From positions 310,001 through 374,000 of the forward strand of contig JAPDFW010000125.1 of the NCBI GenBank assembly GCA_028826165.1: DNA of 64,000 nucleotides, read 5' to 3'. Positions 1-12,513 of this stretch are shown in pieces. This stretch comes from Anaeramoeba ignava BMAN. Lineage: Eukaryota; Protista; Anaeramoebae. The notes under the pieces were generated by a model that saw nothing but the letters and a program-made list of their open reading frames with translations, ran no database searches and was not told the DNA's origin. Numbering within the stretch: position 1 is the first letter of the stretch; each line of letters starts with the position of its first letter. A program made the translations under genes and the position numbers.

Positions 1-3000
1 AAGGTTGCAATAAAAGTGATCAATAAAACTCAAATACTTGCAAATCCAGAAGCAAAAACGAGATTGTCATTGGAATTAGAAATTCTTAAAAACCTTAATC
101 ATCCGAATATAATTAAATTGTATGAGTTTTTTGAAACTGATGACTCGATATATATTGTTATGGAATATGCTTCAGGAGGAGAGTTATTTAATTACTTATC
201 AACTCATGGGAAACTTTCAGAAAAACAAGCTCGTAAATTTTTTCGTCAAATGATTGAAGGTAATTTTAAAATTTTTCTCATTGATCATTTGCAAAATAGT
301 TTTAAGAACAAAAATAAATTTCTACATAAAGATAAAAAATAATAAACAATACATTTAATTAGATCAAATCAATTCAATATTTAATATTTAATTCAATTCA
401 AATCAATTCAATTCAATTCAAATCAATTCAATTCAATTCAATATTTAATTCAATTTAATTCAATTCAATTCAAATCAATTCAATTATTTATTAAAATTCA
501 ATTCAATATCAAATTCAATTCAATATTCAATTTCAATTCAAATTCAATATTCAATATTCAATATTCAATTCAAATTTTATTCAATATTTAATTTCAATTC
601 AATTATTCAATTTATTTATTCAATTCAATTTTTAATATTCAATATTCAATTCAATTCAATTCAATTCAATTTCAATATTTTTATTCAATATTCAATTCAA
701 TTCAATATTTCAATTTCAATATTCAATTATTCGATTCCATTATTCAATATTCATTATTCATTCAATATTCAATTCCAATATTCAATTCAATTCATATTCA
801 ATATTCAATTCCAATTCAATTCAATATTCAATTCCAATTCAATATTCATTCAATTTCAATTATTCAATTCAATATTCAATTATTCTCATTCAATTCCAAT
901 TCAATTCAATATTAATATTCAATTCAATTTCAATATTCATTCATATTCAATATTCCAAATTCAATCCAATATTCAATATTCAATTCAATCCAATTCAATT
1001 TCAATTCGAATTCCAATTCCCATTCAAATTTCAATTCAATTCAATTTCAATTCAATTCAATTCCATTCTACCTATTCAATATTCCAAATCAAATTTCAAT
1101 TTCAATTCAATTCAATTCAATTTCAATTCCAATTCGATTCAATTCAAATATTCATTCAATTCAATTCAATTCAATATCCAATATTTAATATTCGATCAAT
1201 ATTCATTCAATTAATTTCAATCAATTCAATATTCCATTATTCAATATTCAATATTCAATTCCAATTTCAATTAATATTTCAATATTCAATTCAATTCGAT
1301 TTCAATATTCGTATTCGAATTATATTTAATATTTAATATTAATTTAATATTCAATTCAATTCAATTCAATTCAATTTTAATATTTATTATTTAATATTCC
1401 ATTCCAATTCAATTCAATTCAATTCAATTCCGAGATTTCAATATTCACCAATATTCAATTCGATTCAATTCAATTTCACCAATATTCAATATTCAATATT
1501 CAATTCAATATTCAATATTCAATATTCAATTCAATATTCAATTCAATTCAAAATTCAATTCAATTCAATATCAAATTCAATTCATATTCAATTCATTTCA
1601 ATTATTCAATTCAATATTCAATATTCAATATTTAATATTTTCAATATTCAATTATTCAATTCAATATTCAATTCAATATTCAATATTCAATATTCAATTC
1701 CAATTCAATTCAATTTTAATTTAATATTTCAATTTCAATTTTATTCCAATTCAATTCAATGATTTAATATTCATTTAATTCAATTCGATTCCAAATATTC
1801 CCATTCAATATTCAATTCAATATTCAATATTTAATATTCATTTATTCATTCAATTCAATTTATTCAATATTCAAATTTCAATATTCGTATTCAAATATTC
1901 AATATTCAATTTAATATTCAAATTCAATGCAATTTCATTTATTCAATATTCAATATTCAATATTCAATTCAATTTAATTATTTCAATTCGATTTAATTTT
2001 ATTCAATATTCAATATTCAATTTATTCAATTCAATATTCAATATTCGATTCGTATATTCAATATTCGATTCAATATTCATTCAATTATTCAATATTCATT
2101 CATATTCAATTCGATTCAATATTCGATTTCATTCAATATTCATTCATTATTCCATTATTCAATATTCAATATTTAATATTTAATTTCAATTATTTTTCAT
2201 TCAATTTAATTCAATTCAATTCAATTCAATTTAATTCAATATTCAATATTCAATATTCAATTCAATTCAATTCAATTTAATTCAATATTCAATATTCAAT
2301 ATTCAATTCAATTCAATTCAATTCAATTCAATTCAATTCAATTCAATTCAATTCAATTCAATTCAATATTTAATATTCAATTCAATTCAATATTTAATAT
2401 TCAATTCAATTCAATATTTAATTCAATTCAATTCAATATTTAATTCAATTCAATTCAAATCAATTCAATATTTAATATTCAATTCAATTCAATTCAATTC
2501 AATATTTAATATTCAATTCAATTCAATTCAATTCAATATTTAATATTCAATTCAATTCAATATTCAAATCAATATTTAATATTTAATATTCAATTCAATT
2601 CAATATTCAATATTCAATATTCAATATTCAATATTCAATTCAATTCAATATTCAATATTTAATATTTAATATTTAATATTCAATATTCAATATTCAATAT
2701 TCAATATTCAATATTCCATTCAATTCAATTCAATATTCAATATTCAATATTCAATATTCAATATTCTCTTCTTCTTATTTCTCAAAAGGTATTGATACAT
2801 GTCACAGAAGAAACATAGCCCATCGTGATTTAAAACCTGAAAACATACTATTGGACGAAAAAGGAGGGATCAAAATAATTGACTTTGGATTATCAACAGT
2901 AATCAAACCGGAAGAACTTTCCAAAACATTCTGTGGTTCTCCATCATACTCTTCACCAGAAATCATTCAGGGTCAAGAATACAATCCAATGCTAGCAGAT

Positions 3001-4560
3001 ATATGGTCACTGGGGATTATCTTATACTGCCTTTTATGCGGGAAGGTTCCCTTTTATGGAGAAACACCACAAGAAATAGTCAAATCAATTGTGAAGAATA
3101 ATTACAAACTTCCAAGTGGATTATCATCTGAAGTCAAAGATCTATTAAAAAAGATGCTTCAGAAAAAACCAGAACAGCGGATCACGATGGATGAAATTTT
3201 CAAGCATCCTTGGATTAACATCGGCTGCTTTTCTCCTCTTGTGCCTCAATCTGTCGAACAAACTGTCGCAATCAAATTGGATTTTACAGTTCTTGATCTT
3301 ATGAACGATCACGGTTTTTCCCAGGAATTAATCCTCAAATCCCTCAAAGACCCCCAAATGAATCCTTTGGCTGCTTGCTACTATCTCTTTGTTGATGCCC
3401 AGAAAATAGAAAATATAAAATTATATGCGACTTCTTTGCAAAAAATAAAAGACAAAATGAAAAGAAATAAATCAAATCTTGAAGAAAAATCAAAAAATGA
3501 TGAAAATTCTCAAAACGTTGAAAATTCAAAAAATGATGAAAATTCAAAAAATGATGAAAAACCGAAAAATGATGAAGAACTGAAAAACGAGAGCAAAACA
3601 GCAAATGATGGCAAATCAAAACTTGATGAAAAATCCAAAAATCCAAAGAAATCCAAAAAAGAAGCACCAAAAAGTCCAAAAAAAACCAGATCAATATTTT
3701 TCTGGAGAAGAAGAAGGAACAAAGCAAACAATAACAACAAAACGAATAGAAGGAATCAAAGGAGCAAAAACAACAACAAGAACAATAGCAAAAAAAAAGA
3801 AGAAAAACAAAAATTGGACGAAAATTTCAACAAACTGATCAACATCAATCAACCGGGAAATTTCGAAGATCTTTGCAGATTAACACCAAAGAAACCGAGC
3901 AAACCCGATCCAAGCGAGAACAATATAATCAGCATTCCAATCACAAATCCCTATCAAGAAGAAAAACCACAAAGAAGAAAACTTCGAAAAAGAGGAAATC
4001 CTCAATTACTGGATAAATATTTCTCAGAAAATCAAAAACCAACAACGCCTCAAATAACAATAGCCCAACAAACAGCTATACGACCTCGTTCCACAACGGC
4101 TACTCAGTTTGCCAACTCAACTCCACAGTCTCAAACAACAGCTTCACCTGACAATGAAAAAAATGATCAAGAAGAAACACGAAAACCACGTGCAATTACC
4201 ATCTCAAATAACATCGAGGGCCAACAGAAAAATAATGAACTAATCAAGAATATTTCTTCAGAGGAAGATTCAGACACAAGAGAAGTGCGCGGTGTTTTAA
4301 GTGTGTCTACTACTTCTACTAAATCTGCTTCCGACTTAATGAAACTTTGCACTAAAGTTCTTAAAAAAAATAAAATTAAATTCTCAAAAGTTGGAAAATA
4401 TTCTTTTCATTGCTTTTTTGATGCAATTGAATTTCATATCGAAATTGCAAGAGCTCTTAATTTTACAGATCTTCATGTTGTTGTTTTTAAAAGAATTTCT
4501 GGTGATTTTTGGAAATTTGATCGAATTTGGAAAATTTTATCTTCTAATTTAAATTTATGA
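1..4560 (+). CDS. AMPK/SNF1/MARK-family Ser/Thr kinase with UBA-like region and C-terminal KA1 domain (5' end outside window)
   Basis: Exons <1-259 and 2789-4560, intron 260-2788 (GT..AG, phase 1). Joined protein has VAIK, MEYASGGELF, HRDLKPEN, DFG, TFCGSPSY and a KA1-like end (FKRISGDFWKF). Confidence 0.92.
360..2765. repeat. Intronic simple repeat (ATTCA)n/(ATTCAAT)n
   Basis: Fills the 2.5 kb kinase intron; regular at the ends and degenerate in the middle. Boundaries approximate. Confidence 0.95.
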
Positions 4561-4914
4561 ATTTATTTTTTATTATTTTTTATTGTTTTTTATTATTTGT
4601 TTTTAGCAAATCACTTTCTATTTTTTTTTTCAAAGTGATTTTTTGTTTTTGTTTCGTTTATTTGTTCAATTTTGGTGAACAAAATATTGTTTTTTTTTTT
4701 TTCTCTTTCTTTTCTTTTTTATTTTGAAATTAAAAATAAAAAAAATATAAAATCTTTCAAAATCATCCATTCTTAAAATTATCAACAAAAAAGAAAAAAA
4801 GAACAAAGAAAAAAAAGAACAGATAAAGAACATTAAAATTAAAAAAAAAAAAAAAAAAAACTTTCATCAAATTTTTTTGTTCTTTAAATAAAAAGAAGAA
4901 GAAGAAGAAGAACA

Positions 4915-4945
<31 letters not shown>

Positions 4946-4953
4946 GGGAAAGA

Positions 4954-7335
4954 TTAAAAAATTATGCATCTTTTTTTCTTTTTTTTAACCGATTTGTTTG
5001 CATTTGTTTGTTGATTTTTGATTCTTGCAGCTCTTACATTTCGAACAATTTGTTCAAAAGCTTCACAAACACTTACATTATTTTTTGCAGATCTAAATTC
5101 AAAAAAAATAAATATTACTTAAAATTTTTATCAGAAATTCTAATAATAATTATTTACGTTTCAAAATAAGGACTATTATATTTTTTTGCAAGATCTAAAC
5201 CTTCTTCTTTTGTAATTATTCGAGATTCTTGCAAATCTAATTCAATTTTAAATCAATTTTAAATCAATTTTATATCAATTTTAAATCAATTTTAAATCAA
5301 TTTTAAATTAATTTTAAATCAATTTTATATTAATTTTATATCAATTTTATATCAATTTTATATCAATTTTATATCAATTTTATATCAATTTTATATCAAT
5401 TTTAAATCAATTTTATATCAATTTTAAATCAATTTTATATCAATTTTAAATTAATTTTAAATCAATTTTATATCAATTTTAAATCAATTTTAAATCAATT
5501 TTATATCAATTTTAAATCAATTTTAAATCAATTTTAAATCAATTTTATATCAATTTTAAATTAATTTTTATATTAATTTTATATCAATTTTTATATCAAT
5601 TTTAAATCAATTTTATATTAATTTTAAATCAATTTTAAATCAATTTTATATTAATTTTATATCAATTTTAAATCAATTTTATATCAATTTTATATCAATT
5701 TTAAATCAATTTTAAATTAATTTTATATTAATTTTAAATCAATTTTATATTAATTTTAAATCAATTTTAAATCAATTTTTATATCAATTTTAAATCAATT
5801 TTAAATCAATTTTAAATCAATTTTAAATCAATTTTATATCAATTTTAAATTAATTTTATATTAATTTTATATCAATTTTATATCAATTTTATATCAATTT
5901 TATATTAATTTTAAATCAATTTTAAATCAATTTTTATATTAATTTTATATCAATTTTAAATCAATTTTAAATCAATTTTAAATCAATTTTAAATCAATTT
6001 TAAATCAATTTTAAATCAATTTTAAATCAATTTTATATCAATTTTAAATCAATTTTATATCAATTTTATATTAATTTTATATTAATTTTATATCAATTTT
6101 AAATCAATTTTAAATTAATTTCATATCAATTTTAAATCAATTTTAAATCAATTTTATATCAATTTTAAATCAATTTTATATCAATTATAAATCAATTTTA
6201 TATTAATTTTAAATCAATTTTATATTAATTTTATATTAATTTTAAATCAATTTTATATCAATTTTAAATTAATTTTAAATCAATTTTATATCAATTTTAA
6301 ATCAATTTTAAATCAATTTTAAATCAATTTTATATCAAATTTAAATTAATTTTATATCAATTTTATATCAATTTTATATCAATTTTAATTACCTAATTTA
6401 TTCGCAACAGTAACAGCTGGTACTTGAGTACTATTTATTTTTTGAGCTCTTTTTATTGATTCATGAAGATTTTTTGCTTCAATAAAACTGGATCTTGAAA
6501 TTACACTGAAAACAATCATAAAACCTTCACCAAGTTTTATATACTTTTTATAAATAAAAATAAAATAGATTTAGTAAATAAAAATAAATAGATTTAATAA
6601 ATAAAAAACAAATAGATTTAATAAATAAAAATAAATAGATTTAATAAATAAAAATAAATAGATTTAATAAATAAAAATAAATAGATTTAATAAATAAAAA
6701 TAAATAGATTTAATAAATAAAAAGAAGAATTCCAAAAAAAACAAAATTAAATTTGATCAATTTAATATTTTTATTTTTGGAAAAAAGTTATTAATTACTT
6801 TATCTCTAGCAGAACGATATTCTTCTTGGCCAGCAGTATCAATTATTTGAAGATGACATTTTTTATTATCAAGTACAATATCTTTTTCATAAGTTTCAGC
6901 TGAAAAAATAAATTAAAATTAATTTAAAAATAAAAATTAAATTAAAATTAAAATTAAAATTAATTTTACCAATTGTTGGATCATAATCTTCAACAAAAGA
7001 TTCTTGTACATACATTAAAGCTAAACAAGATTTACCAACTAAAAAAAATTTAATTTTAATTTTAAATTTAAAAAAAAAAAGGAAAAAAAAAAAATTATAA
7101 TAAATGGAAATTATTCAGAAATGACAAAGCAAAAATTCAATAAAAAAAAATAATAAGAAAATTAAGTTATTTTTAATAAGTTTAATTTTTTATTTATTTT
7201 TTTTTTTGCTTTTTAAACATTTTTTTATTTTATTTTATTTAATTTATTTTATTTTATTTTATTTTATTTTATTTTAATTTATTTACCAGATCCTCCACCG
7301 ATCAAAACGATTGGAATTGTTTCAATCTCAGACAT
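4954..7335 (-). CDS. Ras-family small GTPase, 6 exons, C-terminal CaaX (CIIF)
   Basis: Exons 7335-7287, 7038-6970, 6899-6799, 6543-6393, 5236-5158, 5092-4954. They give GGGSVGKS, YDPTI, DTAGQEEY, NKLD, ETSAK and a polybasic tail ending KKRCIIF*. Absent from the ORF track. Confidence 0.93.
5240..6388. repeat. Intronic 11-bp tandem repeat (ATCAATTTTA[A/T])n
   Basis: Fills Ras intron 4; seen directly. Confidence 0.95.
6555..6722. repeat. Intronic 23-bp tandem repeat (AAAATAAATAGATTTAATAAATA), about 7 copies
   Basis: Located in Ras intron 3; seen directly. Confidence 0.9.
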
Positions 7336-7815
7336 TTAGATAAATTAAGAAAACAGAAAAAAAAATTTAAAATAAAAAAACAACAAAAAAGAAAAAAGGA
7401 AAAAAGGAAATAAGAGAAAGGAAAAATGAAAGAAAAAAATGAAAGGTAGTTTTTAAGTTTTTTAATTTTTTTATTTTTTAATTTTTTATAATTGATCTTT
7501 TCGCATAAATTCTAAAAAAAAAATAATTTAATTTTAATTCTAATTTTAATTTAATTTTATTTTAATTTTAATTTTAGTTTTATTTTAATTTTATTTTTAA
7601 TTTTAATTTAATTTTTTATTATTAAATTATTCACTAGATCAATTCGATCAATAAATTTAAAAAAAAAAAGAGAAAAGTAAGAAAAATAAAAAATAAAAAT
7701 GAATTGAAAAAGCTTTATTTGTTTTTGAAAAGTAAAAAAAGAAGAAAAAGTGTTTGTTTTTTGTTTTAATTTGTTTTTTTTTTGTTTGTAATTAAAAGAG
7801 AAAGGAATTGATTAT

Positions 7816-10062
7816 TTAGACTAAATGAAAAAGGAGAAGAAAAACAAAAATTAGTCAATTATATTTATTTTCATCAAATTTATATTTATATTTATATTTA
7901 GATTTATATTTATAATTATATTTATAATTATATTTATATTTATAATTATATTTATATTTATATTTATATTTATAATTATATTTATATTTATATTTATATT
8001 TGTATTTATATTTATATTTATATTTATATTTATATTTATATTTATATTTATATTTATATTTATATTTATATTTATATTTATATTTATATTTATATTTATA
8101 TTTATATTTATATTTATATTTATATTTATATTTATATTTGTATTTGTATTTGTATTTATATTTATATTTATATTTGTATTTATAATTATATTTATTTTCA
8201 TCAAATTTAAATATTTATATTTATATTTATATTTATATTTATATTTATATTTATATTTATATTTATATTTATTATATTTATATTTATATTTATATTCTAA
8301 TTTGAAAATAACTCACGCTTGTTAAAGGAAGCAATATCCATTGATTGAATTAAATCTTCAAAACCAGTAATTTTTTCTTCTAAAAGGTCAACACTAACTA
8401 ATTCATCAATAATTACTGCTGTAATTCTAAGTTTTTTAGCTGTGAAAGCAACATCTTCGATTGTTGATTTTCCCCATGTTAATCCATCCATTGTGATTGA
8501 ACGAACAAGTTTTTCAACTTCTTTCATGTCTGTTTCATCATCCCAAGGTTTAACATCAAGAACTAATAAACTTTTATCTTGTTTCTTTTTGGCGTTTAAG
8601 TCTTCAAGAATTTTTTTTTTAGCTTCTTCTGCTTCTTTCTTTTTTTTTGTAAATTTAAATATTTGAATATAATTTAAATATAATTTGAATATAATTTAAA
8701 TATAATTTAAATATAAATATAAATATTTGAATATAATTTAAATATAATTTGAATATAATTTAAATATAATTTAAATATAAATATAAATATTTGAATATAA
8801 TTTAAATATAATTTGAATATAATTTGAATATAATTTAAATATAAATTAAATATAATTTAAATATAAATTAAATATAATTTAAATATAAATTAAATATAAT
8901 TTAAATATAAATTAAATATAATTTAAATATAAATTAAATATAATTTAAATATAAATTAAATATAATTTAAATATATAAATTAAATATAATTTAAATATAA
9001 ATATAATTTAAAAATATAAATAAATTAAATATAATTTAAATATAAATTAAATATAATTTAAATATAAATTAAATATAATTTAAATATAAATTAAATATAA
9101 TTTAAATATAATTTAAATATAATTTGAATATAATTTAAATATAATTTAAATATAAATTAAATATAATTTAAATATAATTTGAATATAATTTAAATATAAT
9201 TTAAATATAATTTAAATATAATTTGAATATAATTTAAATATATAATTTGAATATAATTTAAATATAATTTAAATATAATTTAAATATAATTTAAATATAA
9301 TTTAAATATAATTTAAATATAATTTAAATATAATTTAAATATAATTTAAATTAAAATTAAAATTAAAATTAAAATTAAAATTAAAATTAATATTAAATTT
9401 AAAATTAAAATTAAAATTAAAATTAAAATTAAAATTAAAATCAAAATCAAAATTAAAATTAAAATTAAAATCAAAATTGATATTAAAATTAAAATTAGAA
9501 TTAAAATTAGAATTAAAATTGATATTAAAATTAAAATTAGAATTAAAATTGATATTAAAATTAAAAATTAAAATTAAAAATTAAAATTAAATTCCATTTG
9601 TGAAACATTCTATAAAAAGATAATAAATTACATTATCATCATCATCATCTCCAAAAAGATCAACATCATCATCATCATCTTCTTTTTCTTTTTCTTTTTC
9701 TTTTTCTGGTTCATGAAAAGTAACTTTTCCAACTTCAAGCCAAGATTTTTGAACAGAATCAGCAAAAGATGCAATATGTTTATGCCATCTAAACAAATAA
9801 GGGAATTCATTTGAATCAACTTTTTCTATCTTTTCAAAAATTTCTTGGTCAGCTTTACTTGCTTTATAACTAATAAATAAAAAATTTAAAATAAAAATTT
9901 AAAATAAAAATTTAAAATAAAAATTTAAAATAAATAAATTTAAATTTATTATTTGTGTTATAAATTAGTTTTTATTTACCCAATTGCATATGAATTATCT
10001 CTAAAATGTGTGTTGAGGAAATTTAATCCATCTTTTGCTAATTCAGGAACGTCTAATGACAT
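7816..10062 (-). CDS. EEF1B: Translation elongation factor 1-beta
   Basis: Has RWHKHI, the acidic [27 protein letters not shown] and [10 protein letters not shown]. The last intron (8316-7821) joins a 5-nt coding exon to give the canonical FNKL* end. Confidence 0.95.
7860..8295. repeat. Intronic (TTTATA)n
   Basis: In the last EF1B intron; source of the spurious IN/YL ORFs. Confidence 0.95.
8650..9585. repeat. Intronic compound repeat: (AATATAATTTA)n followed by (AAAATT)n
   Basis: In EF1B intron 2 (9631-8639). Confidence 0.93.
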
Positions 10063-10225
10063 TATTATAAAAAAAGAAAATTTTGCAAATTTAAAAAAAT
10101 GAAAAAAAAAAAAAAGAAAAAAATTTTTTTTATGAATAAAGTTCACGTCATTATGATTAATTAATATAAAAAATGAGTAAAATTTAAATTTTTTTATTTA
10201 TTTTCTATTATTATTTTTTATTTAT

Positions 10226-12402
10226 TCATTTTTGAGAATTTTCATTAATTTCAAAATAATCCACTTTTGGATCTTTTTCAATTTCTTTAATAATTTGATT
10301 TTCTAATTGATTATCTTCTAATTGATGATTTTGATTTTGATTTTGATTTTGATTTGAATTTAAATTTGAATTTTTAAAGTTTTGAATATTTTTGTGATTT
10401 TTTTGGTCTTTGTGTTTCAAATAAACAAGAAGATCTTGAGGAACATTTCGCTGTGGATTTTGAGAAAATTTACGGAATTCAATTAAGGCCTTATCAAGCC
10501 TTTCAACAAAAGTATCAATTTCGGATTTTTTGATGCCGATTGCACAAGACATAGCCATATAAGAAAAAGGATATTTTGAAGAATGAGCTCCATATCCTTG
10601 GAACTTGATGCCACATATCTCCTTAACCACACCTTTATTGATAACACGGCTTCCCGAGCATTGACGTGCGAACAGCATTGAGCCTAGCATTGAAGGAAGA
10701 GTTTTTTTTGAGCTGTCAAGATCATCAACCTTGTCGAAAGTTTTCAAAGACATAACAAAAGAGATGGGGTTATTTGGGGTCTTGAGTAATCTTTCTTGAT
10801 GCTTCTCCGCAACGCGCGAAACTTTGTCTGTGAAATAGCTATAAAGTTTTTTTCTTTTTTTGAGTAATTTCTTGAACCCATCGCGACCCATTTGGAGTAA
10901 AGTGATAAAAAGATCCACAATAGGAGATATTGAGGCTCTTCCAGGATATGTTGAGCTGATAACTTTTATCATAGCTTTGTTTGGGCTGGAGACTATTGAG
11001 CCGCCTATAGGAACCATAAAATTCTTATCCGTACTTTGAACAATAATATCAATTCTTCCTTTTTTTATTGCTTCATTGAGCATTGCTGATGTTTTCCTGC
11101 TCTGTAATCCATACGCGTTGTTTACTAAATGTGGTACGTTGTATTTCTTGCACATCATCGAAACCTCAATTGCTTTATCTGGGGTTCTGGGTGCAAAGCA
11201 GCTTGTGGTTGTGAAAACTGCCAAAATATTTTCTGATCCACATTTTTGTATTTGATTTTCAATTTCTTCTAAATCAGTTACGAGTTCGTCATTTTCTAAT
11301 AATTGCTCCACAATCACGGGCTCGAATCCTGCTGTTCCTATTGATTTTATGCACGACTTGTGATCCATTCGGCTCATGATTACAAATTTCGCTGTTTTCG
11401 GTCGGATGTCTCGTAATGCAAGAAATGAAAATGCAATTGACATTCCTGTTGCCATTGGTAAAACAACACATGCTTTTATGTTGCTTATCCCACTTTCTTT
11501 AATTGCTGACATTGCAAGTGAGTTTGTTAACTTAGCTACAAGTGAGCCTCCTGCTGCTTTTGGTTGAAGTTCCAGTATATCACCAGAACGACCCATTCCT
11601 TTAATATTGATTTTATAAATGAATTTTATAAATGAATTTTGATTTTAATTCTAATTTTAATTTTAATTTTAATTTTATTTTTAATTTTAATTTTGATTTT
11701 AATTTTAATTTTAATTTTAATTTTAATTTTAATTTTAATTTTAATTTCAATTTTAATTTTGATTCTAATTTTAATTTTAATTTTAATTCTAATTCTAATT
11801 TTAATTTTATAAATGAATTTTAATTTTAATTTTAATTTTAATTTTGATATTAATTTTAATTTTAATTTTAATTTTAATTTTAATTTTAATTTTAATTCTA
11901 ATTTTAATTTTAATTTTAATTTTAATTTTAATTTTAATTTTAATTTTAATTCTAATTCTAATTTTAATTTTATAAATGAATTTTAATTTTAATTTTAAAT
12001 TTAATTCTAATTTTAATTTTAATTTTAATTTTAATTTTAATTTTGATTCTAATTCTAATTCTAATTATTCACAATAAAATAAAAAAACTGTTTTTTTATT
12101 TATGAAAAAAGATCCGAAATACCATGAGCAAAACCAAAATTGCGACGATAAACCAAAGAGCTATAGATTCTCCCTTCTCTTTCACCAACACCAGCATGAC
12201 CCAAGTAGTTATTAGAATCCATCATTCTAAGCTCACACAAAAAAGGTTGAATTTCTTCTTCATTCCAACCTTTTTCTGGTAAAGAACGTTGAGTTAACAA
12301 AACCTTTACTTTCTGGATTTGTTGCTTCTTTGCATCTTGTGCTCTTTGAGAATAAGGTTGTGAAATTATTTGAGCGGCTAATTTTAGATTTTCAAGATCC
12401 AT
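10226..12402 (-). CDS. SEPSECS: O-phosphoseryl-tRNA(Sec) selenium transferase (SepSecS)
   Basis: Exons 12402-12123 and 11598-10226. Motifs GVGEREGR, HG|MGRSGD, QPKAAG, PMATGMS, TTSCFAPR, HLVNNAYG and the PLP-lysine motif QSTDKNFMVPIGG. Confidence 0.97.
11605..12065. repeat. Intronic (TTTAAT)n
   Basis: Fills the SepSecS intron. Confidence 0.93.
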
Positions 12403-12513
12403 TTTAAATTTTCTAAATCAAAAATCAAAAAAAAAAAATCAAAAAAAAAAATAAAAAAATGTTTTTTGGTTTTTTTTCATTTTTTTCTTTTTTTTCTTTT
12501 CACTTTTTTTTTA

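Noticed and set aside
700-2200. Irregular core of the first intron (and 35200-37400) as possible hidden coding or structured RNA
   Set aside because: Deviations are scattered single-base changes and indels of the same unit, consistent with decay or unpolished long-read error.
10141-10150. CRE/G-box-like CACGTCA upstream of EF1B
   Set aside because: A single short match with no recurrence noticed upstream of other genes, so it cannot be supported.
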